A stretch of 63,677 bases of DNA, the filler included, from Hausera hauseri (lineage: Eukaryota): NCBI GenBank assembly GCA_046269625.1. It is 11 parts of 11 records of this genome, joined end to end, with 100 filler letters (N's around TTAATTAATTAA, not from the genome) between each part and the next. Parts side by side here need not be neighbours in the genome. Positions count along the whole stretch, not along the records: positions 34,028 to 44,062 come from JBJURY010251069.1; positions 44,163 to 49,472 come from JBJURY010283505.1; positions 49,573 to 54,474 come from JBJURY010397589.1; 8 more parts are not named here. One strand, 5' to 3'. The position numbers were made by a program, and so were the translations under genes. Each line of letters starts with the position of its first letter. The first letter of the stretch is position 1. The notes under the pieces were generated by a model. That model saw only the letters and a list, made by a program, of their open reading frames with translations, ran no database searches and was not told where the DNA came from. Shown piece after piece: positions 38,714-50,879 of this stretch.

Positions 38714-40095
38714 CTAAGGGCTCAACCAGATGCAGAGACTTGACAGCATAAGTGGATAGCAGGAGGAGGAGATTTGGAGAGTCTCCTTCCACCTTCGTAT
38801 AAGGTAATTCACCTCCTGGTGTCTTTGGGGGCTTCTTATAATTTTTTTTTGGGTGTACTTTCACTGTAGCATTCTCATTAAAAAGCAACGATTTGGTTTT
38901 GTATTGTCCTCATTGTTTACAGCGTGACATGTTTTAACTTATAAAAACAATTTTGTTTCACGAACATAAGTTAAAACATGAACCAATGCAATTTTTTCCT
39001 TGTAGTTTTTATTTATTAATGAACTAAATTGTTTTTCAAGTAAGCGGTTTATGAACCAAAGTGTTCGTCAAGTAAGCGGTTTATGAACCAAAGTGTTCAT
39101 GAAAAGTATAACTGTATACCAGAGCCTTACAGTGTAGAGAATACTGACTGTATCGAGTATGCAACTAATGCTTGCAATGTCCAGACTGTTGTTGGTGATA
39201 CTTGGTTTCTTGTTTAGGACACAATTTAAGGAAAACACAGAGTTGCTGTTCATTGACGGAAGAATTAGTTTACCTTCATCTTCGGGTGATAGTTGGCTGA
39301 CATCAGACGTTGTGGATGTGGTGTGATGTTGATAGACTGCATTTTGAATATTTATTTTTCTGTCCATAATGGTCCGAGTATTCGGTGAAGTCTACTGTCC
39401 ATTATAACGAGCGTCGAGCCCAGCGTGTGTGTTGCGGGAACGGAATCACTAAGTAGCATGCCTGTGGTTAGGCCAAGAGCTGTTTCTTGCAGTGCTGCGA
39501 ATTCGTCCACCAGCCAGGTGTTTAGGTACTTGGCAGTGCCCATGTGTTTAGGTACTTGGAAGTGCCCTGAGCTAGTACATTTTTTTTATGTATGGTACAA
39601 ATGAATGGTAACTGAAACTGTGGTTATTTTTTCGTCTATGTGAGCGTTCTGTTTGTCTTTTTTAGGGTCTATGTCGCAGTTCTGATAATGCTTGATCGCT
39701 ACACGTCGGAAAATTTGTAATGTTGTGTGTTATTAAAGGTAATGGTGACGCACGACCTTTGTCAGTATCCTTTTATTGTTATATTATGGGATGTATGCGA
39801 TGCGTTACCGGTAAGTTTTTTCTGAACTGCCTTTTCTTTATTTAAAGAAGGCCTATAGTAGTGAGGTCGGACGTCCGTGTACATTGTCGTGCACGTTAAA
39901 AATTCCTTGGCAGCTGGAAGCGAATCTAAGTAGAGTTGTCTAACGAGAAAAGTAGTATAACCAGCACATAATAACTACGATTAAACTAATTTTTTTTAGT
40001 ATTAACCTCCCTACAGGCTGCCGTGGTTATTTCCCAGTATCCTTTGTTTCCTTCCAGTGTATGCCATTGATCCTAGTGTACTGTTCCTATCACAT

Positions 40096-43000
40096 AAGGT
40101 TGGGTATCATACGGATACTGGAGGCGGTTTAGGTCGCCTTTTTCATGCTTTTGCGCACTAAGAATTACATGTTGAGTCATGGAAGGGTCATATTTTCTAT
40201 TAAGGTTGGGTACCATAAGGGTACTGGAGGTGGTTTAGATCATCTTCTGTATGTTTATCCATACTTATGGGAGCCTTTTGGGTCATGAAAGAATCATATT
40301 TTCTGTTAAGGTTGAGTATCATAATGGTACTGGATGTGGATTAGGTCGACTTCTTCATGCTTACCCATGCTTATGTGAGCCTTGTGGGGCATGGAAGGGT
40401 CATATTTTCTGTTAAGTTGGGTTTCTTGGGGGTGCTGGAAGAGGCTTAGGTCATCGTCTTGATGCTTACACATGCTTATGGGAACCTTTTGGGTCATGGA
40501 AGGGTCATATTTTCTGTTAAGAATTGGGTATCATAAGGGTACAGGAGGTGGTTTAGGTCATCTACTTCATTTCTTAGGCATGCTGGGTCATGAAATGGTC
40601 ATATTTTCTTTCAAGGCTGGGTATCATAAGGATGCTAGAGGTGGTTTAGGTCATCTTCTTCATGCTTATGGGAGCTTTGTTGGGTCATATTTTCTGTTAG
40701 GTTTGGGTATCATAAGGGTACTGGAGGTGGTTTATGTCATCTTCTATTGCTTATGCATGCTTATGGAAGCATGAGTTGGCAAGTTTTCATGTCAGTAACT
40801 TTTCATGTCAACAACTTTCATGTCAACAACTTTGTCATGCCAGCAACTTTGTCATGTTGGTAATTGTTCATATCAGTGACTTTGTCATGTCTGCAGCTTT
40901 TCATGTTGGCATCTTCACATGCCAACAATTTTTCATCTTGGCATCTTCACATGCCAACAACTTTTCATCTTGGCATCTTTTCAGGTCTCAACTCTTCATG
41001 TTGGTAATTGTTGTCATGTCAACAACTGTTCATGTTGACAAACTTACATTGACAGAAATCAAAGGATACATTTTACTTGAATTTTCTCATCTGTTTTTTT
41101 AACTTTACTATGCACAGATCCTGCACACGTCAAATGAGAGCTGATCCATTGATAGAGGAAAAACTCATGTGACAAAAGTCAATAAAAAATGAAATATAAA
41201 AGAAAAAGAAATCAATTATAACAAATAAAACAAACTTCAGAAAAAAATGGAATGTGATGTTTATGTTGGCAACTTACATTGACAGAAATCAAAGGATACA
41301 TTTTACTTGAATTTTCTCATTCAAAACAAACTTCAAAAAACAAAAGGAACGTGGTGTTTTCCTCTATCTGTTGGACCAGCTCTCACTTGACATGTGCATA
41401 ATCTGTACATAGTAAAACAGCAAATAAGAAACCTATAGTAAAATGTATCCTTTGATTTCTGTTCATGTAACTTGTTGACATGAACAGTTGCTGACCTGAC
41501 AAAAATTACCAACACAAAATGTTGAGACATGAAAACTTGCCAACATGCCAAAGAGAAAACTTGCCAACATGCCAAAGATGCCAACATGAAAAATCAATAC
41601 ATCATAAGAGGCCAACATAAAAAGTTCTTGGCATGAAATTTGTCAGCTTGAGAAGTCACTAACATGACAAAAATATTGGGATGTAAAGTCGCTGACATAA
41701 AAAATGTAAAGATGAGCCATGGCAAGATGTCAATATGAAAACTTGTCAACATGAAAAGATGCTGACATGAAAACTTGCCTACACGACAAAGTTGCCAACA
41801 TGAAAAATTACAAACATGAAAAGATGCACAATGAAAACTTGCCAACATGAAAGCTGTCAACATGAATGTTGTTGGCATGAGAAGTCGCTGACATGACAAA
41901 ATCATTGACATGAATTTTGTTAACATGAAAAGTTGCCAACATGACAAAGTCGCTGACATGAACATTGTAGACATACGTTATCAGGATGACAAAGTTGCCA
42001 GAATGACAAAGGTGCTGACATGAAAGTTGTCGACATGAAAAGTCGCTGACATAACAAATTACCGACGTAAAATGTTGCTGACATGAAAACATGTCAACAC
42101 GAAAGTTCTTGACATGAAAATTTGCCAACATGAAAATATACCAATATGAAAAATCCTAATAGGAAAACTTGAGGCATGAAACACTACCAACATGAAACGT
42201 TATTGACAATGACAGTTATCATGTCGCTGACATGAAAGTTGCTGACATGAAAGTTGTTGATATGAAAGTTGTTGACAAGAAAAGTCACCAATGTAAAAAG
42301 TCGCTGACATGACAACTTGCTGAGACACATGCTCACCTAAGCATGCATAAGAATAAAGAATGCGACCAAAACCACCCCTAGCACCCTTATGATACCCAAC
42401 TGTAACAGAAATTATGACCCGTCCATGACCAAAAAGCTACCTTAAGCATTTTAAGTATGAAGTAGACGACCTAAACCATCACCAGTACCCTCATGATACC
42501 CAACCATAACAGAAAATATGACACTTCCATGACCCAAAAGGCTCCCATGAGCATGAAAAAGACGATCTAAAGTGCCTCCAACATTCTTATGATACCCAAC
42601 CTTAACAGAAAATATGACACTTCCATGACCCAAAAGATTCCCATAATCAGGAGTAAGCATGAAGAAAATGACATAAACCACCTCCAGTACATGTATGATA
42701 CCCAAGCCTAACAGAAAATATGACCCTTCCATGACCCAAAAGGCTCCCATGAGCATGAAGAAGACGACCTAAAGTATCTCCAACACCTTTATAATACCAA
42801 ACCTTAATAGAAAATATGACCCTTCCATGACCCAACATGCTCCTATAGACTTGATTAAGAATGAAGAAGACGACCTAAACCACTTCCAGTACCCTCATGA
42901 TACCCAACCTTAACAGAAAATATGATCCTTCCATGACCCAAAGGGCTCCATAAGTATGCATAAACATGAAGACGATATAAACCCCCTCATGCACTCTTAA

Positions 43001-43140
43001 GAAACCCAACCTTAACAGAAAATATGACCATTCTATGACCCAAAAGGCTCCCAATAGGCTCCCAAAAGCATGCATAAGCATGAAGAAGACAACCTAAGCT
43101 ACCTCCACCACTCTTATGATACGCAACTTTAACAGATAAT
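40096..43140. repeat. About 3-kb modular palindrome (foldback-like): 100-120-bp tandem units, 14-16-bp minisatellite and a unique block, mirrored
   Basis: AAGGTTGGGTATCATAAGGGTACTGGAGGTGGTTTAGGTC..GGGTCATATTTTCTGTT units at 40096-40770 and their complement at 42340-43140; CATGTCAGCAACTTTT-like units at 40780-41040 vs 41480-42320; unique block 41040-41165 vs 41350-41480. Confidence 0.88.
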
Positions 43141-44162
43141 ATGATCGATCATTGCTGTGGTAATCTGGGTCGATGCATCTCCAAGGAATCCTTGAGCGGT
43201 CCCTGGCAATGCCTCTAAGATACTCCAACACCACGATGATGGGTCTACAGACTCCTACTATAACCTATAATTTTCTCCCTCTAAGAACTACTCACGTGAG
43301 GCAAAATCAGCCCTATATCATAGGAAACAATACACCTAGACATGGAGGTGTCAGGAGGTCTTGGTCGCTAACTTACAACACTACCCTTATGCGACAGGGC
43401 ACCTGATGCTAGCTAGCCATTACACGCCATCTCCCCCGTCCCTTCAAACCTTACCCCAACATCACTCATATTACGCCTAACTAAAGAAAAAGACATTACA
43501 TCATCAATATGATGACGTTCACAAAAAGACTGATGATGATGATGTATACATCTTCTACTACCTATATATGTCATTAATAACGATGACGGTGTATCTAACT
43601 ACAGAAATACCAACACAAATATTTAATTACCTAAATATATCTAATCGATGTGACACAAGGTCATGGTCACTAATAACTAATAAAGCTTTATAAGGCGCAT
43701 GATAATACCACCATTCCCGCCCCATCGCCCTAACCCTAACTACTCTAACTATATAAAAAGAAGAATTTAATTACGTCACCAAAAATAAAAAACGCAGAGT
43801 TTGCTGAAAATTACCGAGCCTTGTTATCGTATTCCTCTTATAGCCTTACTATAGCTAAAATAATGCGCTATATGAGGCTATTATATTGGCCTTTTCGTCT
43901 TGTCGGACGGTCTTGATAGCAGAAAATGCTGGCTGCTGTCCTACTGAACAGCTTCTTTCATGCGTTAAACTTGCCAATGTTTGAATTACAGATTCTGCCA
44001 CAATATGAACAGGCTACACCTGCATTAATTTCTCCTGATTCTTTGCGTCTACATCTTTTGTCNNNNNNNNNNNNNNNNNNNNNNNNNNNNNNNNNNNNNN
44101 NNNNNNTTAATTAATTAANNNNNNNNNNNNNNNNNNNNNNNNNNNNNNNNNNNNNNNNNNNN

Positions 44163-44499
44163 CTCCCTTTAGACTTCTGATGGAGATTTTTATTGGTGTG
44201 TACCATCTGTCCTCTTTTTCCCCGTAGTTCACTGCTAGAATTCTAACATTTCTGCCATCTGGAGCTAGCTTAAACAATTCTCCATTCTGTTCTATGTCGT
44301 CTTCTAAAGGTTTCTGTAGGCATGTGATTGGCGATCGAGATTTCATTAATTCGGTATGTAATGTTAGTTCAATAATGATCTTTGTTGGAATATCGGCAAT
44401 TCTGAATTCTAGGGCGTAATCCATAAGACTAGAGCAACACAGCTCATACGTACTAAATTTCCATTGTTGACCCCTTTGAGTATTCCAGGGTTGTCCCAC
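44163..44499 (-). pseudogene. Unknown ORF, last visible member of the virus-like cassette, runs off the contig
   Basis: Open frame of more than 110 codons, co-oriented with the cassette; no recognised motif. Confidence 0.35.
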
Positions 44500-45000
44500 G
44501 ATCCTATATTAAATTTCACCGTCTGCCAAATGTATGTACATTTGCTGGTGTGTTGGTTCATAGGGAATTAAGCCTTTCAACTGGTACATCCTTCGTGTCT
44601 AATCGCATATAAGCGAATTATCCGATTTTCTTCTAGGCCCTATTTTAATCCATGGGATATTCTATTTTCTTAGTCGATTTCTAAACATGTATTCGCCAGG
44701 TTCTTTCCAATTTGGTGATATAAACTTTTTGATCCAAGATTCAGGACTGTAATATGCTGCTGTAAGAAGTCATTCATATAGTGTCTAGAACTCTGCTCTG
44801 GGATTTTCGTCTTCTCGACCATACTTACGCTTATGAAATAAAAACAGGTTAACGTTAAGACAGATCATCGTTTTAAAACAAACCATTTTCTCAGTCTGAT
44901 GATAGGATAACCCGATCTATAACTGTCAGGTTATTCCATCATAAATTTTGTCTCGGTACCTTTTACCAGTATATCTTTCTCTTGATTTTTACGTCGCTTA

Positions 45001-45990
45001 TTAGTTTTTGGAAACTAAAAAAATGGTCGTTGTTATTATGCTGACAACGAATGTTGCCAGACCAAAAATTGATATTATCGATAAATTTGTTGGCTCAGTT
45101 AGATTTTCCGTAGTAATCGTGTTCTCGGTACTAGTATCTTTATAAGCTATTGCTCGAATTTCGTTTAAAGTTCGTAGTGTGAAAGTTTTGTGCCTTTTGC
45201 CTTCTGCAAAAAATTGGATTACATAATCGAGTTCTGGTCGTAGTAGTTTACATTCGGTTTCCTGACGACCCCCTTTTAATATTACAATTTGATTAGTATG
45301 TAGGATATGACATTCAATTTTAATATCGTAGTTTAATTTCTCTCCGACGAAAAACACAATTTTATAGTGGTGCGTTAAATACTTAACAGGTATACCTTCT
45401 AATTTTCTTTCGGGCATTTTACTTGAAATGACGATATTAGAAAAACTGCTTAAAACAATAGTCGGTTTTCTTGCAGTCACGTAGTAAGGAATTTTTCACA
45501 TTCAAACGTTCTCTTCTGGATAAGTTCTTAAGGGAATGCTTGATTTGCCAGGTCTGATCTGAAAGTTCGAATTGTATTTTATATTCGCGACCGATTGGTA
45601 GTTCACAACATGGATTTGGTAATTTAGGTCCATTATAACAATATTTCGCTGTGGGACTCGACTTCTTTATTGGTACGAATTGAATGAAAATTTGTCTATC
45701 GTTGGCTAGTACTATTCTAGTTTTTATCTGAATACATTTTTCTTTATCTTTGGAAATTTCAATTATATTATCGTCCAAAATTCGTTTCTGAGAGTTGGAA
45801 ATTCGGATCATTTTTCTAATTTTATCTCTCTGACCCGACTTGGAACTGGTATAGTTATTTTTAACTGTGGACCTAGCTCGGCTTTGATCATGTTTGAGTC
45901 TTGATATGTGCATGAGTTTCTGAAATTTATCTCGCAGCACTGTTGGAAATCTTCCGGAGGAATATTGCAATTTTGTGTTATATTTTTGTT
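45001..45990 (-). pseudogene. Type I membrane protein with possible fibronectin-III-like domains
   Basis: CCELPIGREYKIQF and CKLLRPELDYVIQFFA (LxPxxxY-like), Thr-rich stalk, TM SIISIFGLATFVVSIITTTIFLV. Confidence 0.5.
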
Positions 45991-47610
45991 CTTATTTCGA
46001 AATACTATTTGGAAAATTGTGAATTCTATAGGTAGCCCAGTAATGACTCCCATTTTCCTTGATAGCCAAAGTCCTCTAATATGATATGCATAGCTCGGTT
46101 CAATTCATGCGTATGCTGGCGTGGAAAGTCAAGAAATTTTCTAAATGCTTCAACTACCTTCCGTCTGTAAATACCTGTAGTCGCGGTGTAATAAAATTTG
46201 TCGTCCTTTATTCCTTTTACTAAGTTGGTTCCCGTTAATTTACTTGGCGGAGTAGTTATGTCTCAATTTGATAAACTTATCAAGTCAGTTTAAATACGTC
46301 TGAACATGGGTCTCTCCTAGACTCGTTTTACACTCTTTCAAAATCTTTGCTTAAGTTAAGTTTGCTAGTAAAACTCTAGTAATTGGTTTTGCCAACCTCA
46401 GCATATTCCGATATAATACTGGAAGTTCTTGCACGAATCTCTTTTCTTCTACATTTATGGGTACATTTCTTTTTTCGCATTCGTAAGTCAGTGAAACCTC
46501 GTCGGTAACTCAACCAAAGACACCTTCTTTCATTGAAATTATTGGTGACGCTAACTCGGGATCAGCATATATAAGAGCCAGTTTAGTTCTCATGATTTCC
46601 GAGTCTAATTTTCAATCATTGATTATCATTTCATAATTTACAGTGCGGTTATTCCGGCTTGTCCTTTGTAATAGAAGTAGTCATCTCTATTCATCTAGTA
46701 ATCCTCAATTCGTACGTCTTATGCTTCGAGTTTGAATGCCTTAATATTTATTTCCGTTTCGGCTACAAAAATGCTTCACAACTAGTGGTGTACAACATTA
46801 CGTCACAGCGTGTGAGTACGCCTTTTCACGAATTTTAATCCGTAAGTATCGGAAACTAATATGGTTGGCATAGGTTGTACGGCTACATGTCGCGTTTTCG
46901 AACCAGTATCCATACTGTTTACATAACGTTTTCTCAACGTTTCGTTAAACTTTAGTTCTTTAATTTTGATAAAATTACAATCCGTTTTAATTGGAGGTTC
47001 CCAAATTTCGACTGAATTGCTAAAAGTACAAGTATCGTCTTGTATATGACACTTGATTTTCAGTAGAGTTTAGTAACGCTAAGAAACATCGCTTTTTGTG
47101 TCCGAATTTCGGTTTCATAAAAATCGACAACTACTACGCCTTCATCTATTCCTTTTTGCAGTGTCATATTCGGCCTCACTGCATACTCCGGTATGTATAT
47201 CTAATTTTCCGACTGCTACTTTAAATGACCTGATTATTTTTCCTTGTATTATTAGTTTCATATCATCCCATTTTAATCTAACAGTTTCTCTAGCATGTTT
47301 ATAGTGTTGTCTTTCTAGGTTCATTGAGATTGGTGGAGTTGTTGGTTTTATTATCAATGAATGTCCACGCATTTGTCCAGTGGAAAATACCACGAGATAT
47401 ACGTAATATAATATTCCGTCTAACGAAATTAGCTCACGCTGCTGATATAATACGTACTTTTTATCTTGTTTATAATTTATGTGGCCTCGCGTAGTCGCAC
47501 GTTTCTAAATCGATCAGTGAATATTTTTGGCCAAGTTTGAATTTGTCACAGTCATACACGGTAACAGTTCCCATTTGCTTTACTAACACCATCAAAGTTA
47601 GGAAGTTAAT
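45990..47610 (-). pseudogene. Chuvirus-type (class III-like) envelope glycoprotein
   Basis: Signal-like INFLTLMVLV then VYDC..YSLIDLETC; YVLYQQRE; GQMRGHS; VAVGKLDIHTGVC..Y; KCHIQDDTC..IWEPPIKTDCNF; RTKLALIYADPELAS..EGVFG*VTDEVSLTYEC..QELPVLY..KPITRVL; TGIY..FRKFLDFP; all collinear with the chuviral G pattern. Confidence 0.8.
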
Positions 47611-48084
47611 TAGCTAATTCGATTCGTTTCCTCAGTTATTACCGGTTAAGTTTCGTACCTCATCTTCGAGTCTGCTATCGCCATTGATAGAGGATGGTCT
47701 ATTCTGATGTTATTCCTTTTCAAATAGTTTGGACCAATTTACTTTTCGAGGTAATTTTCTAACAGCTTTCCGGGCTAGACTAGTGGCTCTGTTAAACTCA
47801 TTTTCTCGCGTTGGATTTGTTTTAATGGCCTAATATAGTAATACATTTCTCAATTCTTCTAGTATTTTCTACCATGATTTTCCCAATTAATATTTCATCG
47901 GCTAACGTGCTCTTTGACAATCTAAAACGAGAATTTCTCATCGTTATGGCTGCATTAATGTTGGCCTTTTCTGTTTCGTCTAGTACATCGCCGCAGAGAC
48001 TAGAGTAGTTTAGGGCACGTACTAAATTCTTCGTGAGTTCGTTTAATTTTTAATTATCTGCATTGAAAGTAGGTATCGACATTT

Positions 48085-48681
48085 ATCTTAATTCTCCAAT
48101 CAAGTCTTCATTATAGTCAATTTCTCGTATTTTTCTTGGTCTACCAACGGGGCGTTTCTGTCTTGCTGTGACTAAATTCATATCGTATTGTTCCTTGTCT
48201 TCGTCTGTTTGCAAGTATTTGAAATACATTACCGCATCTCGCACTCTCATCATTCGCCCTACAAAATGGTCAGCTTTAGCTTTCTATATGGCTTCTTTTG
48301 TCTTTTTATTGACGACTATCGTTACTGTACAATTTGCTTCATCTGGGATGATCCCATCGTCTATTAAATGTTCTAATTCGTCTAATATTCGGCCTCTAAA
48401 ATAGAGTATATAGTTTAATTCGTTTCCGCCGCCATTATTTATTAAACATGGTTTTACATCTCTCACAAAGGAGTGTATCTTAAACTCACATCCTTTTCCA
48501 TCCATCGACGCAGACGACACTTTACTTTTATCGTCACATCAGGTTTAGCCCTTAAAATTTTAGTATACTTTTTTATTAAGAGTTTTGGCACAGCACCATA
48601 AATCGCGTTTTCACTAGATAATTTAGTTACAATAGGAACATGTTGCCTTAACTTATTTTCGATAATATTTATGTTAATCAC
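48085..48681 (-). pseudogene. Unknown ORF ending in an AT-hook motif
   Basis: ORFs 48463-48681 and 48284-48520 join by frameshift and continue past one TAG to KRPVGRPRK (48131-48157). Confidence 0.5.
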
Positions 48682-48682
48682 T

Positions 48683-49300
48683 TCAATTAAATCTCTCCGT
48701 TAGTGCTGAATCCAGAAGCATTTTCACATTGAATCTCCAATTCTGTGGGTATATCGCCGTTTCACAAAGGTGTACTGGGGTTCTCGGATTCTCAGCAGCT
48801 ACTGCATATAAATACGCATCCCATTCTGGAACGTTTTTATTTTCTGGAGGTCCATAGTCAATTATTGGCATATCTGGTTGTTGGACTGTATTTGCATTCC
48901 GTACCATTTCCCTTACTTCGCGCAATTTCTGTGGCATTTTGACCATTTGGCGCATCCGGAAACAACGTCCATTTCCGGAAACTTGATGCAATAATGTTAA
49001 CAGCTGATAGAGTTCATCTGCCTGAATCAATGCTTTTCTTGATAATCGGTTAGTTCGGAGGTCACATCTCGTTGCCATCTTTGTACAAATTCCGATTTAT
49101 TGGCTATTTCTGATTCGGTAAGAGCGTATTTACATCTGTAGACTTCCAGCTCTACTTAACTCATTTATTTCTGTTTTTCTTTGGTCGGTACGAATTTGGG
49201 TTTTCTCAGTGTAGTTGTCTCATTTTCTCATCGCTGATTTCGGCCATTTCAACTACCAACAGCGTTAATTTGCTAATCTCTTCTAAAATTTTAGAGTCGG
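48683..49300 (-). pseudogene. Unknown ORF (helical N-terminal part) of the virus-like cassette
   Basis: 131-aa open frame plus frameshifted upstream coding-like sequence; abuts the next ORF. Confidence 0.4.
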
Positions 49301-50879
49301 GATTAGAGTGCCACTTAGTTACATTAAAAAATTAAAATTGTAATTTTCTTAGGTCTTACCCTGCTTACTTGTTCTCTTTGATGAAAAAACACTAAATATG
49401 AACGATTTCATAAGCAACAAATCATCGTATGGAGCATTTGATGCCTCGGGTGCAGAGATCCTATCTTTCATGNNNNNNNNNNNNNNNNNNNNNNNNNNNN
49501 NNNNNNNNNNNNNNNNTTAATTAATTAANNNNNNNNNNNNNNNNNNNNNNNNNNNNNNNNNNNNNNNNNNNNCCGTGTATTACGGGAGAGATTTGTGATC
49601 GATTTGACATTGAAAATACAATATTTTACATTAAAAATCAAATCGACGAACAAAGGTTTACACAACTCCATTCAGTTTCCTGAGTTGCGAATGACGACGT
49701 ATTCAACAACATCGAACAACTCGCTTGCGATGGTATCTGGAAATATTAGATGTCCGTATCGTGATCATGTACCGAATTGTGCTTACAAAAATGTCTACGG
49801 CTTTGTATTAACTGTTTCATGCAAATAAATAAATGTTCGTATTTTCTTCTTTCGGTAAATAATGTTCATGACATGTTTAGCACTATTGGTCAGTTGAGTA
49901 ATTCAAAAACCATAAATACGGGTAGGTTATAGTAATAATAGTCATGGGCTGTAATGGAAATCGTACACATTTATTACGAATGACTTCAGTAACATGGGGG
50001 TAATTTGTATCATTGTGATAAGACAATACTCACAAAGTAAATGTCTATTGTTTACAATGGAAACAAACCTTTGATATAAATATGGATGCAATTTTATTTC
50101 ACATTTATCTTGAAAAAATTTCTTGGGAAAACAATTCAGCCGTTGACAGTCTCTCAAAAAAGCCACGGTACACCGAATATTCGTTCAGATATTCCCGGTT
50201 TCATAATATATACAACTTACATTATCTGCGCAACGCTATTCAATTGTCACTGATGCAGACGGTCAAAGTCAAACCGGTGAAATATGTTCGATTGGCCAAA
50301 AAGATCAGCGACGATTATTTCGATACAATGGAAGACAATTAGAAACGTTGGCAGTGATTTGGCGTTGAGTAACGATATCCGAGATACATCGTCGATTTTT
50401 CTCAAAGGAAATATGGCGAAAATTGTTAATATAGATGGTGGAGAAACAGCAGCAGCAGCAGCAGTTTTTCCACCGGAAGGAGCTAAATGCTACCCGACAC
50501 TGAAGCTCAAGGGATTCAAGGAAAGGAGCGGCGTAAAATCCCCAATGTGGAAAATGGGGAAGTTTACTATGATTTAACTGACTTACTTTGTGTGTTTTGT
50601 GATTTTAGTTTTTCTGTGATCAACAAATTAATGTATTCGTGTTTTCTCGTGCAAGGTTATTGTTTTACTTTTCTATCTTACTTAATAATAATGGGTTAAG
50701 TAAGTAACCGAAAACAAAACACAAGACATTGAACAAAATACGTTATTGAAATATACAAGAAACAATATACAACGGATAATTGTCAATGACTGTGGCACAG
50801 TAACTGAACTGAACTGATTTGTCCGAACCGACTGAGCACAGATTGTTTGGACCTGCGTTTATTTCAGCCGCGAATGTTC

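Noticed and set aside
39036-39098. 31-bp direct repeat as a TSD or regulatory site
   Set aside because: Simple local tandem duplication with nothing inserted between the copies
40096-43140. CRISPR-like array, and the many ORFs called inside the repeats
   Set aside because: Units are degenerate tandem repeats without unique spacers, there are no cas genes and the context is eukaryotic; the ORFs are repeat translation artefacts
43728-43740. CCCTAACCCTAAC as a telomere
   Set aside because: Only two units and internal; common in repeat subtermini
44163-49472. Alternative genetic code (TAA/TAG read as Gln) to explain the in-frame stops
   Set aside because: TGA stops and frameshifts occur too, so ordinary pseudogene decay explains it
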